A stretch of 33,619 nt of DNA from Chthonomonadales bacterium (lineage in GTDB: Bacteria; Armatimonadota; Chthonomonadetes; Chthonomonadales; CAJBBX01). A model generated the notes under the pieces. It worked only from the letters and a program-made list of their open reading frames with translations, was not told where the DNA came from and searched no databases. The first letter of the stretch is position 1. Each line of letters starts with the position of its first letter. The position numbers and the translations under genes were made by a program. Below are positions 1 through 9,451 of this stretch, piece after piece. The DNA lies in NCBI GenBank assembly GCA_049967475.1, contig JBMFSQ010000022.1:24706-58324 (forward strand). The letters are read 5' to 3'.

Positions 1-44
1 CGAAGCCTTCAACCAAGTAGATCTTGCGCCATGTGTTGGAGCGT

Positions 45-1064
45 TTAGAGGCGGAATGCTTCCACCAGGGTGCGCAAGTTTTGACGCATGGCGTCCAAGT
101 AATGGGCAGCGGCAAAGTCGTCTGCAGTCTCAACGGGATCGAGCGGCAGCAATTTGAGGCCGGCATCCCGGCTGACCATTTCGATGGCCCGGGCAGGGAA
201 CTCCGGTTCCGTGAAGAGGACGCGAACGTGCTCGCGCCGTGCGATCTTCAGGATGTGCGCCACTTCCGCCGGGCTTGGCTCCCGGCCAGGCACGGTTTCC
301 CAAACTGCGGCCACTTTGAGGCCGTACCGCCGAGCCAAATAGGCGAAGGCCGCATGAAACGCAATGAAGGAGCGCCCTCGATCGGGCGCCAAGGCGGCCG
401 CGTAATCCCGATGAAGGTTCGCCAGCGCCTGGCCGTACGATGCCGCTCGCTGCCGGACGGCCGGGATTAGCGACGGGCCCCCGGGTTGATGGTCGAGCGC
501 AGAGATCACGGCGTGAGCGATGCGTTCCGTGTAAATGCGCGCCAATACGGGATCCAACCACAGGTGCGGATCGCCTGCGCCGTGATGTTCCGGTGTGTCG
601 GGGCCGCTCCTGCGGATAAGCGGCAGACCGCTAGAAAGAAAGACGACCGGCTTCTGGGTAATGCCCGCCTTTCGCAGCGCTTCGAGAACGAAGTTATCGA
701 GACCGGCCCCATTGGCGAGAATGAGATCGGCGCCTGCCGCCAAGGATACATCCCCGGGCGAGAGGGCAAACTCATGGGGGTCTGTGCCGGGCGGCAGCAG
801 GTTCTGCAAATCTACGGCATCGCCGGCGACCTCTCGAGTAAAGTCATAGATGGGGAAGATCGTGGCCAGAACGCGCAGGCGGCGATGTTCGGTGGGCCAA
901 GAACGCGCGCGATGGCGGCCCACTGCTCTGCCGCCGAACCACAACATCGTCAGAAGGATTGCGCAGGCGGCCAAACGTTCTGCCCAAATGCGCCATGGCG
1001 AAAGTCCGGGTACCACGCTACTTGCTCCCGCTGCTGGGGGATGGTCGAGCCCTCGGCGTGTCAT
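45..1064 (-). CDS. znuA: Zn/Mn ABC transporter substrate-binding protein (ZnuA/TroA family)
   Basis: Motifs LLPPGTDPHEF, ADLILANGAGLD, DPHLWLDP, FHAAFAYLARRYGL, EPSPAE; N-terminal hydrophobic anchor. Start moved from ORF 1181 to ATG 1064 to limit overlap with the upstream kinase; exact start uncertain. Confidence 0.88.
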   Translation of the reverse strand: MTRRGLDHPPAAGASSVVPGLSPWRIWAERLAACAILLTMLWFGGRAVGRHRARSWPTEHRRLRVLATIFPIYDFTREVAGDAVDLQNLLPPGTDPHEFALSPGDVSLAAGADLILANGAGLDNFVLEALRKAGITQKPVVFLSSGLPLIRRSGPDTPEHHGAGDPHLWLDPVLARIYTERIAHAVISALDHQPGGPSLIPAVRQRAASYGQALANLHRDYAAALAPDRGRSFIAFHAAFAYLARRYGLKVAAVWETVPGREPSPAEVAHILKIARREHVRVLFTEPEFPARAIEMVSRDAGLKLLPLDPVETADDFAAAHYLDAMRQNLRTLVEAFRL

Positions 1065-2004
1065 CAGGATGCAGGGTAGACCGGTGGGCGGCCATGAGCG
1101 CCGCTCCGGTGGCGGCATCGTGGAGGGGCTCTGCAAGAACCAGCCTGCGCGTCGAAGATGTCCGTATGTCTGAGCACTCAAGAAAGTACTTTCGCAGCAG
1201 GGGGCTGATGCGCCAGAGGCCGCCTAGAAGGTAAAGCGGCAAATCTTCCTCACCGCCAAGGGCTGTGGTTACGCGCAATGTCGAGCGCCAAAGATGGCTC
1301 GCAGCACGGCGGAGCAGCCGTTGGGCCTCAGGTACTCCGTTGTCGGCAAGGCGGCCGACGACGGCGGCGAGTTGAGCGATGCGCCCCGGTTCGAACGGGT
1401 GATACACCCATTCCACGAGCAGATCGCGGTGGGGCGTTCCCGTTGCAGAGATCACAGCAGCAGCCAAGCTATCCGATGTATCTCCCACCTCGATCTTCGC
1501 CAGCGTATGCCGCAGCGCTCGGGCGCCCAGGTAGAAGCCGCTGCCGGCGTCCCCCAGCAGGAAGCCGTTGCCATCGGCGCGCGCTTCGCAGCCCCCGCGG
1601 TCTTTCCCATAGGCTACCACTCCCGTGCCTGCGCATAAGCATACGCCGGGTGCGCCGCCGCCGGCTCCCCAGTGGGCGGCAACGTAGTCGGGCTGCACTA
1701 CGTAATGCGTGGCGGTAAAAGCGCCCATCAACAAATCGAGCAAGGCAGATCTCTGCTCCCGCACTACATAACCGGCCATTCCGGCGCCCACAGCCTCGAA
1801 TGCGGTTCCTGCCTCAAGTCCTGCATTGTGGAGTGCAGTCGTGGCGGCCCGAACCAAGGACGCTTCCACCGAAGAGATCGGCGTACTGGCCAGGTTGGCG
1901 GGTCCCGCCTCGCCTTTGCCGAGGATCTGCTCAGCGGCATCCATGACTACGGCAGCGGTTTTGCTGCCCCCGCCATCCAGGCCAAGATATAAGGGCTCTT
2001 TCAT
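1018..2004 (-). CDS. BadF/BadG/BcrA/BcrD ATPase family protein (N-acetylglucosamine/MurNAc kinase-like)
   Basis: ASKHA phosphate motif LGLDGGGSKT, GPAN, AGTG, GFLLGDAGSGFYLG, GA near the C-terminus. Confidence 0.88.
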   Translation of the reverse strand: MKEPLYLGLDGGGSKTAAVVMDAAEQILGKGEAGPANLASTPISSVEASLVRAATTALHNAGLEAGTAFEAVGAGMAGYVVREQRSALLDLLMGAFTATHYVVQPDYVAAHWGAGGGAPGVCLCAGTGVVAYGKDRGGCEARADGNGFLLGDAGSGFYLGARALRHTLAKIEVGDTSDSLAAAVISATGTPHRDLLVEWVYHPFEPGRIAQLAAVVGRLADNGVPEAQRLLRRAASHLWRSTLRVTTALGGEEDLPLYLLGGLWRISPLLRKYFLECSDIRTSSTRRLVLAEPLHDAATGAALMAAHRSTLHPDDTPRARPSPSSGSK

Positions 2005-2011
2005 GCCTAGA

Positions 2012-2086
2012 AGTATACTCGCCCACCCTGGCTATCGCACGGGCACGGTGGGGGAGCCTGTGCAGGATGCGGCTTGCGGGTACAAT
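2012..2086. promoter_or_regulatory. Divergent promoter region: minus-strand -10 TATACT (2017-2012) for the kinase gene; plus-strand -10 TACAAT (2081-2086) for ppdK
   Basis: Near-consensus -10 hexamers in an otherwise GC-rich intergenic region; no clear -35 boxes. Confidence 0.55.
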
Positions 2087-2152
2087 ATGCCGGAGCATGA
2101 GCGAACCCCCTACGGATTTCCTCGCGCCGATTAGCAAGGAGGATACAACCCA

Positions 2153-4825
2153 ATGAGCCATAAGAAGCGCGTTTACCTGTTTGCCGAGGGAAACGCGAAC
2201 ATGAAAGATCTGCTCGGCGGCAAGGGAGCCAATCTTGCCGAGATGACCAACATCGGATTGCCGGTCCCGCCCGGCTTTACGATTACTACGGAAGTGTGTA
2301 ACGAATACATCGAAGGAGGCTATAAACTTCCCGACGGCTTGATGGCCGAAGTCGAGGCGGCCCTCCATACGGTGGAAGAGCAGATAGGCAAGAAATTCGG
2401 AGACGCCGAGAACCCGCTGCTGGTTTCTGTGAGGTCGGGCGCCAAATTCTCCATGCCCGGCATGATGGACACGATCCTCAACCTTGGCCTCAACGACAAG
2501 TCCATACAGGGGATGATCAAGCAGACGGGAAACGAGCGCTTCGTATACGACGCGTACCGTCGCTTCATCATGATGTTCTCGAACATCGTCCTTGGAATAG
2601 ACCGCAAGAAATTCGAGGATATCTTCGATCGCTTCAAGGCGAGCATCGGGGCTCGGCAAGACACCGACGTACCCGCAGACGTCCTGAAGAAGGTTTGCGC
2701 CGAATTCCTGGATCTCTACAAAAAGGAGACCGGCGAAGAATTTCCCCAGGATCCGATGGTTCAATTGCGCATGGCCATAGAGGCGGTATTCCGCTCCTGG
2801 AACAACGACCGCGCTATTGCCTATCGGGAACGGGAGAAGATCCCTCACACTTTGGGAACCGCCGTCAATGTGCAGTCCATGGTGTTCGGGAACATGGGCG
2901 ACGACTCAGGTACGGGCGTAGCCTTCACTCGTGATATGGCTACGGGCGAAAAGGTGATGTACGGTGAGTACCTGATGAATGCCCAGGGCGAAGACGTGGT
3001 GGCTGGGATACGCACCCCTGTTCCGATCTCGGAATTGCAGAGGGTTAATCCCGAAATCTACCGGCAATTTGACGAGATCGCGAAGAGACTGGAGAACCAT
3101 TACCGCGATGCGATGGACCTCGAGTTCACCATCGAGAAGAACCGCCTCTACATTCTCCAGTGCCGGGTGGGCAAGCGAACAGCCGGCGCAGCCGTCCGCA
3201 TCGCCGTGGAGATGGTGCAGGAGGGCCTTATAGACAAGAAAGAGGCCATCAACCGTGTGCGTCCCCAGGATTTGGATCAATTGCTCCATCCGCAGATTGA
3301 TCCCAAAGCCAAGGTGCCCGTCATTGCCAAGGGGCTTCCCGCCTCGCCAGGTGCCGCCGTAGGAAAAGTGGTTTTCGAGGCGGCGGAGGCGGCGGTTCGT
3401 GGCCTGTCTGAGCCTGTGATCCTTGTGCGTCCCGAAACCAACCCCGACGACATCCGGGGAATGTTGGCCAGCAAAGGCGTGCTGACGGCGCGCGGCGGGA
3501 TGACATCCCACGCGGCGGTCGTGGCGCGCGGCTTCGGATTGCCTTGCGTGGCCGGGTGCGAGGGCATCGTGATTGATGAAGACGCCAAACTCTTTACCGC
3601 GGGCGACGTGGTTGTGCATGAAGGCGATTTCATCTCCATAGACGGCTCGACGGGCAACGTTATGTTGGGCCAAGCGCCTCTCATCGAGCCGGCGATTACC
3701 GCCGAATTTCAGACGCTCCTTGGCTGGGCTGATGAGGTGCGCAAACTCGGCGTTCGCGCCAATGCGGACAACCCAAAGGATGCCCGTAAAGCCTTCGAAT
3801 TCGGTGCAGAAGGCATCGGCCTCTGCCGCACAGAGCATATGTTCTTCGAGAAGGATCGCCTCCCAGTGGTTCAAGACATGATCTTGGCCAAAACGAAGGA
3901 GGATCGGCAGAACGCCCTCAACAAGCTGCTTCCCGTTCAACAAAGCGACTTCGAGGGCATCTTCGAGGCGATGCAGGGAAGGCCGGTGACCATTCGCCTG
4001 ATTGATCCGCCTCTACACGAGTTCCTGCCTCGCTACGAGCATGTTCTGGCCCGCGTGGTGGACCTGAAGGCGAGAGGTGTGGCTCCGGGATCGCCTTCCT
4101 ACGAGCTTCTCGATCAACAGGAGCGACTGCTGGAGGCTATCGAAGCCATGCGCGAGGCCAACCCCATGCTGGGCTTGAGGGGCTGCCGCCTTTCCATCGT
4201 CTTTCCCGAGATCGTCGAGATGCAGGTGCGCGCCATCTTCCAGGCGGCATGCAAGCTTGCCAAGCAGGGCAAGGAAGTGCATCCGGAGATCATGATCCCA
4301 CTGGTTGGCCACGTGAATGAGCTGAAGCTCCTTCGGGAACAACTGGAAGGGGTAGCAAAGCAGGTGATGCAGGAAGCAGGCTGTGAGGTGGACTACAAGT
4401 TCGGCACCATGATCGAGATCCCGAGGGCGGCCCTCACGTCCGACAAGGTAGCCGAATTCGCTGAGTTCTTCAGTTTCGGCACCAACGACCTTACGCAGAC
4501 CACCTTCGGTTTCAGCCGGGACGACGCTGAAGGTAAGTTTCTGCAGAAGTACGTTGATATGAAGATCTTGCCTGTGAACCCGTTCGAGACGCTGGATCGA
4601 GACGGAGTGGGCAAGCTCATGCGCCTCTGCGTAGAACAAGCCCGGCCGGTGCGCCCGGATATCAAATTGGGCATCTGCGGAGAGCACGGAGGAGATCCTT
4701 CGTCCATCGAGTTCTGCCACCAGATTGGCCTGAACTATGTGAGCTGCTCTCCGTTCCGCGTGCCGATCGCCCGGTTGGCGGCAGCCCAGGCGGCCGTGGC
4801 GGATGGAGTGGAACGCGACAAGTAG
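2153..4825 (+). CDS. ppdK: Pyruvate, phosphate dikinase
   Basis: LLGGKGANLAEM, PLLVSVRSGA, phospho-His motif GGMTSHAAVVARG, GIGLCRTEHMF, FFSFGTNDLTQ, GICGEHGG; SD AGGAGG at 2137-2142. Confidence 0.98.
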   Translation: MSHKKRVYLFAEGNANMKDLLGGKGANLAEMTNIGLPVPPGFTITTEVCNEYIEGGYKLPDGLMAEVEAALHTVEEQIGKKFGDAENPLLVSVRSGAKFSMPGMMDTILNLGLNDKSIQGMIKQTGNERFVYDAYRRFIMMFSNIVLGIDRKKFEDIFDRFKASIGARQDTDVPADVLKKVCAEFLDLYKKETGEEFPQDPMVQLRMAIEAVFRSWNNDRAIAYREREKIPHTLGTAVNVQSMVFGNMGDDSGTGVAFTRDMATGEKVMYGEYLMNAQGEDVVAGIRTPVPISELQRVNPEIYRQFDEIAKRLENHYRDAMDLEFTIEKNRLYILQCRVGKRTAGAAVRIAVEMVQEGLIDKKEAINRVRPQDLDQLLHPQIDPKAKVPVIAKGLPASPGAAVGKVVFEAAEAAVRGLSEPVILVRPETNPDDIRGMLASKGVLTARGGMTSHAAVVARGFGLPCVAGCEGIVIDEDAKLFTAGDVVVHEGDFISIDGSTGNVMLGQAPLIEPAITAEFQTLLGWADEVRKLGVRANADNPKDARKAFEFGAEGIGLCRTEHMFFEKDRLPVVQDMILAKTKEDRQNALNKLLPVQQSDFEGIFEAMQGRPVTIRLIDPPLHEFLPRYEHVLARVVDLKARGVAPGSPSYELLDQQERLLEAIEAMREANPMLGLRGCRLSIVFPEIVEMQVRAIFQAACKLAKQGKEVHPEIMIPLVGHVNELKLLREQLEGVAKQVMQEAGCEVDYKFGTMIEIPRAALTSDKVAEFAEFFSFGTNDLTQTTFGFSRDDAEGKFLQKYVDMKILPVNPFETLDRDGVGKLMRLCVEQARPVRPDIKLGICGEHGGDPSSIEFCHQIGLNYVSCSPFRVPIARLAAAQAAVADGVERDK

Positions 4826-4848
4826 CATCCTGCGCAGGCGGCAACTTC

Positions 4849-4880
4849 AGGGAGTGGGCGTAGGCCGTCCACTCCCTTTC
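4849..4880 (+). terminator. Probable intrinsic terminator after ppdK
   Basis: AGGGAGTGGGCG / CGTCCACTCCCT stem followed by a short T run. Confidence 0.65.
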
Positions 4881-4904
4881 GCCGACTGGCGTTTGGGATG
4901 GGCC

Positions 4905-4934
4905 TTGACGGGCCGGGCCGATTGGGGCTATACT
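4905..4934 (+). promoter_or_regulatory. sigma70-type promoter for rpsO-pnp
   Basis: TTGACG (4905-4910), 18-nt spacer, TATACT (4929-4934); SD AAGGAG before the GTG start. Confidence 0.75.
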
Positions 4935-4968
4935 GGGTTCAGCAAGATGGACAGAAGGAGAGAGTAGC

Positions 4969-5244
4969 GTGCCGCTTGTTCGCGAGCGCAAGTCCTCGAT
5001 CATCGAGGAGCACAAGATCCACGAGACGGATACCGGTTCACCAGAGGTTCAGATTGCGCTGCTTACTGCGCGCATCAACCAGTTGACGGAACACCTGAAG
5101 GAGCACAAGAAGGATTTCCACTCACGCCGCGGCCTGATGATGATGGTGGGCCGCCGGAGGCGGATGCTGGAATACCTTTCGCGCAAAGACATCGAGCGCT
5201 ACCGTGCTTTGGTGACGCGTCTCGGTATCCGGAGCAGACTCTAG
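4969..5244 (+). CDS. rpsO: 30S ribosomal protein S15
   Basis: [24 protein letters not shown] motifs; canonical position upstream of pnp. Confidence 0.98.
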   Translation: MPLVRERKSSIIEEHKIHETDTGSPEVQIALLTARINQLTEHLKEHKKDFHSRRGLMMMVGRRRRMLEYLSRKDIERYRALVTRLGIRSRL

Positions 5245-5250
5245 AGCAGT

Positions 5251-5317
5251 GGGCGAAGCGAAGATGAGCGTTGGGGCCGTGCTCCAGCGCTCGTTCGCTA
5301 TCGCCCGTCTCGTTTTT
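5251..5317 (+). promoter_or_regulatory. Long hairpin between rpsO and pnp (terminator and/or RNase III processing site)
   Basis: GGGCGAAGCGAAGATGAGCGTTGGGG pairs with CTCCAGCGCTCGTTCGCTATCGCCC (about 23 bp with bulges), followed by GTCTCGTTTTT. Confidence 0.65.
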
Positions 5318-5331
5318 GGGAGAAACAGAAC

Positions 5332-7614
5332 TTGGTACACACAGTCGAGGCAACGCTTGGCGGCAAGGTATTGCGCCTACAGACCGGTAAGGTCGCCAAG
5401 CAGGCCGGCGGCAGTTGCTGGTTGCAGGTGGGAGACACCATCGTGCTGGGCACTGCCACCATGGCGCAAACCGTTCGGGAAGGGCTCGACTTCTTCCCGC
5501 TTACTTGTGATTACGAGGAGAGGAAGTACGCCGTAGGCAAGATACCGGGCGGCTTCGTGAAGCGAGGGGGACGTCCAAGTGAGAAGGCAATCCTCACTTC
5601 TCGGCTGATAGACCGACCCGTGCGCCCACTTTTTCCCCAGGGCCTGCGTAACGAAGTGCAGGTCATCGTAACGCCCCTATCCGTCGAGCATGAGAACCTC
5701 CCCGATGTGCTGGCTGTTGTGGCGGCTTCCACGGCATTGCTTCTGAGCGACGCTCCATGGAATGGACCCATCGGGTGCGTTCGGGTGGGCCGCGTCAACG
5801 GTGCGTTCATCCTAAACCCGTCTCTGGCCCAACTCGTGGACTCCGACCTCGATTTGATTGTCGCGGGGACCAAAGACACGGTAAACATGCTCGAGGCCGG
5901 CGCTTCCGAGGTAAGCGAAGACACGATCCTTGCAGCCATCGAGTTTGCCCATGCGGCCATCAAGGATCAATGCGCGCTCCAAGAAGAATTGGCGCGGGCC
6001 GCAGGCAAACCCAAGCGGGAAGTGCCCCTCCATGTGCTGAATGAGGACGTGTTGCAAGCCGTGCGCGAGAAGACGGCATCCGAACTGCGGACCGCGATCC
6101 AGAACCCCGACAAGGCGGCGCGGGAGTCGGGCCTGAGTGAGCTCAAGGACGAAATCGTTGCAAGGCTGGCCTCAGAGTTTCCCGACCATGTGGATGATTT
6201 GGGTGAGGCTGTCGAAAAGGTCATCAAGGAACAGGTGCGGGCCCTCATACTGGATGAAGGCATCAGACCCGATGGCCGGCGCCTCGACGAGATTCGGCCG
6301 ATCTCCGCGGAAGTGGGTTTGCTGCCGAGGGTTCACGGTTCCGGCCTTTTCACGCGCGGGCAGACACAGGTTCTCACCACGCTCACGCTGGGATCCACCG
6401 ACGACACTCAGCTTGTGGATGGACTGGAAGGGGATATGGAGAAGCGCTATATGCACTTCTATAACTTCCCTCCCTATTCCGTTGGTGAAACACGGCCATT
6501 GCGCGGGCCAGGCCGCAGGGAGATCGGCCACGGCGCCCTGGCGGAACGCGCCCTGCTGGCCGTAATCCCGCCCAAGGAAGAATTCCCGTACACGATGCTC
6601 CTCACATCGGAGGTGCTGGAGAGCAACGGCTCCACGTCCATGGCCTCAACCTGCGGCTCCACGCTCGCGCTGATGGATGCAGGCGTCCCCATCAAAGCGC
6701 CTGTGAGCGGTATCGCCATGGGCCTCATGACCCGCGGCGATCAGTTCGCTGTCCTCTCAGATATCCAAGGAATGGAAGACTTCTCTGGGGATATGGACTT
6801 CAAGGTGGCAGGCACGCGTGATGGCATCACGGCCATCCAACTCGACACCAAGATCCGCGGCCTCTCGGTGGAGATCATTCGTCTCACACTGGCTCAAGCG
6901 CGAGAGGGTCGCCTCTACATTCTAGACAAGATGTTGGAGGCCATTCCCGCGCCGCGCAAGCACCTGAGCGATTACGCCCCACGCCTCTTGACCCTCCATA
7001 TCAACCCCGAAAGAATCGGGGAAGTAATCGGCCCCGGCGGCAAGATGATCAAAAAGATCGAAGCGGAAACCGGCGCCGACGTCAGCATCGAGCAGGACGG
7101 CACGATCTTCATTGCTGCTGCAGATGGAGCGGCCGGGGATCGCGCGGCTCAAATGATCCGAAGCATCACCGCCGAGGTTCAAGTGGGTGAACGGTATCGC
7201 GGGCGCGTCACCCGCTTCATGTCGGCCGGGGCGTTCGTTGAGATCCTGCCCGGCAAGGAAGGGCTGGTGCGTACCGAGAACCTTTCCACGACGCCGATAC
7301 GCCGCCCGGAAGAGGCAGTGAAGATCGGGGACGAATTGGAGGTGAGGGTCATTGAAATAGATCCTCAGGGGCGCATCAACCTCTCGGCCGTGCATCTGGA
7401 CAAGCCCTTGGACCATCTGGCTGGGAGGCGTCCCGATCGAGGTGACGGCGGCTTTCGGAATGACCGAGGAGGCCGTCCGGGGGCTCCTCCCACTCCGCGA
7501 ACGACGTCCCATGATCCCGACCGGGGCTTCCACACGCCCAGTGGCCACGGCCGCCCCGAGGCGAAGGAAGAGGAAGAAGATCTTCCAAAGGCACGGTTCC
7601 GACCTCGTCGCTGA
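5332..7614 (+). CDS. pnp: Polyribonucleotide nucleotidyltransferase (PNPase)
   Basis: DFFPLTCDYEE, RLIDRPVRPLF, RREIGHGALAERAL, SNGSTSMAS, GDMDFKVAGT, KH motif IGPGGK and S1 domain; TTG start. Confidence 0.98.
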   Translation: MVHTVEATLGGKVLRLQTGKVAKQAGGSCWLQVGDTIVLGTATMAQTVREGLDFFPLTCDYEERKYAVGKIPGGFVKRGGRPSEKAILTSRLIDRPVRPLFPQGLRNEVQVIVTPLSVEHENLPDVLAVVAASTALLLSDAPWNGPIGCVRVGRVNGAFILNPSLAQLVDSDLDLIVAGTKDTVNMLEAGASEVSEDTILAAIEFAHAAIKDQCALQEELARAAGKPKREVPLHVLNEDVLQAVREKTASELRTAIQNPDKAARESGLSELKDEIVARLASEFPDHVDDLGEAVEKVIKEQVRALILDEGIRPDGRRLDEIRPISAEVGLLPRVHGSGLFTRGQTQVLTTLTLGSTDDTQLVDGLEGDMEKRYMHFYNFPPYSVGETRPLRGPGRREIGHGALAERALLAVIPPKEEFPYTMLLTSEVLESNGSTSMASTCGSTLALMDAGVPIKAPVSGIAMGLMTRGDQFAVLSDIQGMEDFSGDMDFKVAGTRDGITAIQLDTKIRGLSVEIIRLTLAQAREGRLYILDKMLEAIPAPRKHLSDYAPRLLTLHINPERIGEVIGPGGKMIKKIEAETGADVSIEQDGTIFIAAADGAAGDRAAQMIRSITAEVQVGERYRGRVTRFMSAGAFVEILPGKEGLVRTENLSTTPIRRPEEAVKIGDELEVRVIEIDPQGRINLSAVHLDKPLDHLAGRRPDRGDGGFRNDRGGRPGAPPTPRTTSHDPDRGFHTPSGHGRPEAKEEEEDLPKARFRPRR

Positions 7615-7630
7615 GGCCGTTCCTCCGGCG

Positions 7631-7669
7631 CTGCCGCGGGCTCCCACCAAAGGGAGCCCGCGGCGGTTT
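7631..7669. terminator. Strong hairpin between convergent pnp and rnj; probable terminator, possibly bidirectional
   Basis: Perfect 13-bp stem GCCGCGGGCTCCC / GGGAGCCCGCGGC with a 6-nt loop, then GGTTT. Confidence 0.7.
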
Positions 7670-7737
7670 GGCCTTACTGCACCTCAGCCCCGTACTAGCC
7701 GCTTCCCAGCGGCTGCAGCATCCCCGCCCGAGGCGGC

Positions 7738-9405
7738 CTAAACTTCCATCACGACGGGCACCACCACAGGCCGCCGCCGGGTGCGCCGATTGAGGAACCG
7801 GGCCACCACATCGCGTACTGTGGAACGCGCATTGTCCCAATCGGCATCGCCCTCGGGGCCCATGGTTTCGAGGGCTTCTGCCACGAGCCGCGATGCCTCT
7901 TCGAACAGCTCCTCGGAGTCTTCCGGATGGAGGAACCCGCGAGAGATGAGGTCGGGGCCGTAGATGATCTCCCCTGTGGCCCTGTCAATCCCCACGGTTA
8001 CGATGACGGTGCCGTTATCGGCTAGGTGGCGGCGGTCGCGCAGGATAACCTCGCTGACGCCTCCTTCTGAGAGGCCATCCACGAGTACGTCGCCGGCGTT
8101 GGGGATCGAACCCGACACCCACGCGCCCTCGGCGTTCAATGTGAGAACATCACCGATATCCAGCCAGAACACATGGTCCCTGGGCATGCCCATGCCGGTG
8201 ACCATTTCCGTATACGCGTGCATCATGCGCGGTTCCCCGTGGAAGGGAACCACATATTGAGGCCGAACCAGGTTGAACATGAGCTTCAGTTCTTCTTGAT
8301 TGGCGTGACCGGACACGTGCACCGGATGGATCAGATCGTAAATCACGCGGGCTCCACGGCGGAAGAGGCGGTTCACCGTGCGCCAAACAGCATCTTCATT
8401 GCCGGGGATGGGATGCGAGGAGAGAATGACGGTGTCGCCTGGCATGATTTGGAGCTTGTGGGCATCGCAGGCCATGCGCGACAGGGCCGAAAGGGGTTCC
8501 CCTTGGCTGCCGGTCGTGAGGATGACTAATTCGTCGGGCGAATACCGGTCTACCTCATCCAGCCGGATGCGGTCGGCGTCGTGGTAGGTGAGGTAACCCA
8601 GCTCCCGAGCAACGCCGATATTGCGCTCCATGGAACGGCCTGCAACTGCCACCTTGCGGCGATAGCGGGCCGCCGTGTCGAAGACCTGCTGGATGCGGTG
8701 GATGTTGGATGCGAAGGTGGTGACCAATACACGGCCCGGGGCAGCTCTGAATTGTTCCTCGAAGACGAGACCCACCGTGCGCTCGCTGGGCACCCATCCC
8801 TTCTTCTCGGCATTCACGCTGTCGCTGATGAGCAGCAACACCCCCTCGTCACCGAGCTGGGCAAATCGGCCTGCGTTGAAGAGACGCCCATCCACGGGGG
8901 TGTGGTCTATCTTGAAGTCTCCCGTGTGCACCACGACGCCCACCGGTGTGTGGAGGGCGAGGCTCACCGTGTCGGGGATGGAGTGCGTTACCTGGATGGG
9001 TTCCACTGTGATGCAGCCCAGCTCCACTCGGTCGCCAGGCTCGAAGATGCGCAGGTCAGCCGATCCCAAGAGATTGTGTTCTTCCAGCTTCTCGCGCACG
9101 AGCCCCAGTGTAAGGGGCGTACCCCACACGGGAACGTTGATCTCGCGAAGCAAGTACGGGAGCGCCCCTACGTGGTCTTCGTGGCCGTGCGTAAGGACCA
9201 CGCCGCGAAGCTGCCAATCGTGCTCGCGGAGGAAGGACATGTCGGGAATGATGAGGTCAACGCCAGGGTGTTCCTCGGTGGGGAATTGTACGCCAGCGTC
9301 TATGACGATCATATCCTCTCCGCAGCGCACAACGAGCATATTCTTTCCTACGTCGCCGGCGCCGCCCAAAGGGATGATCTCGATACAGTCCGGATTTGCT
9401 GGCAT
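7738..9405 (-). CDS. rnj: Ribonuclease J
   Basis: Metallo-beta-lactamase/beta-CASP motifs IIPLGGAGDVGKN, THGHEDHVG, HTGDFKID, TGSQGEP, HVSGHA, PFHGE. Confidence 0.97.
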   Translation of the reverse strand: MPANPDCIEIIPLGGAGDVGKNMLVVRCGEDMIVIDAGVQFPTEEHPGVDLIIPDMSFLREHDWQLRGVVLTHGHEDHVGALPYLLREINVPVWGTPLTLGLVREKLEEHNLLGSADLRIFEPGDRVELGCITVEPIQVTHSIPDTVSLALHTPVGVVVHTGDFKIDHTPVDGRLFNAGRFAQLGDEGVLLLISDSVNAEKKGWVPSERTVGLVFEEQFRAAPGRVLVTTFASNIHRIQQVFDTAARYRRKVAVAGRSMERNIGVARELGYLTYHDADRIRLDEVDRYSPDELVILTTGSQGEPLSALSRMACDAHKLQIMPGDTVILSSHPIPGNEDAVWRTVNRLFRRGARVIYDLIHPVHVSGHANQEELKLMFNLVRPQYVVPFHGEPRMMHAYTEMVTGMGMPRDHVFWLDIGDVLTLNAEGAWVSGSIPNAGDVLVDGLSEGGVSEVILRDRRHLADNGTVIVTVGIDRATGEIIYGPDLISRGFLHPEDSEELFEEASRLVAEALETMGPEGDADWDNARSTVRDVVARFLNRRTRRRPVVVPVVMEV

Positions 9406-9451
9406 CTAGAATGCTTAGGCTCCTTTCGTGTCGCTGCGGGCGATTGCGGGA

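Noticed and set aside
1931..4828. Long minus-strand ORFs (305, 345 and 271 aa)
   Set aside because: Antisense shadows of ppdK, as expected from GC-rich codon bias.
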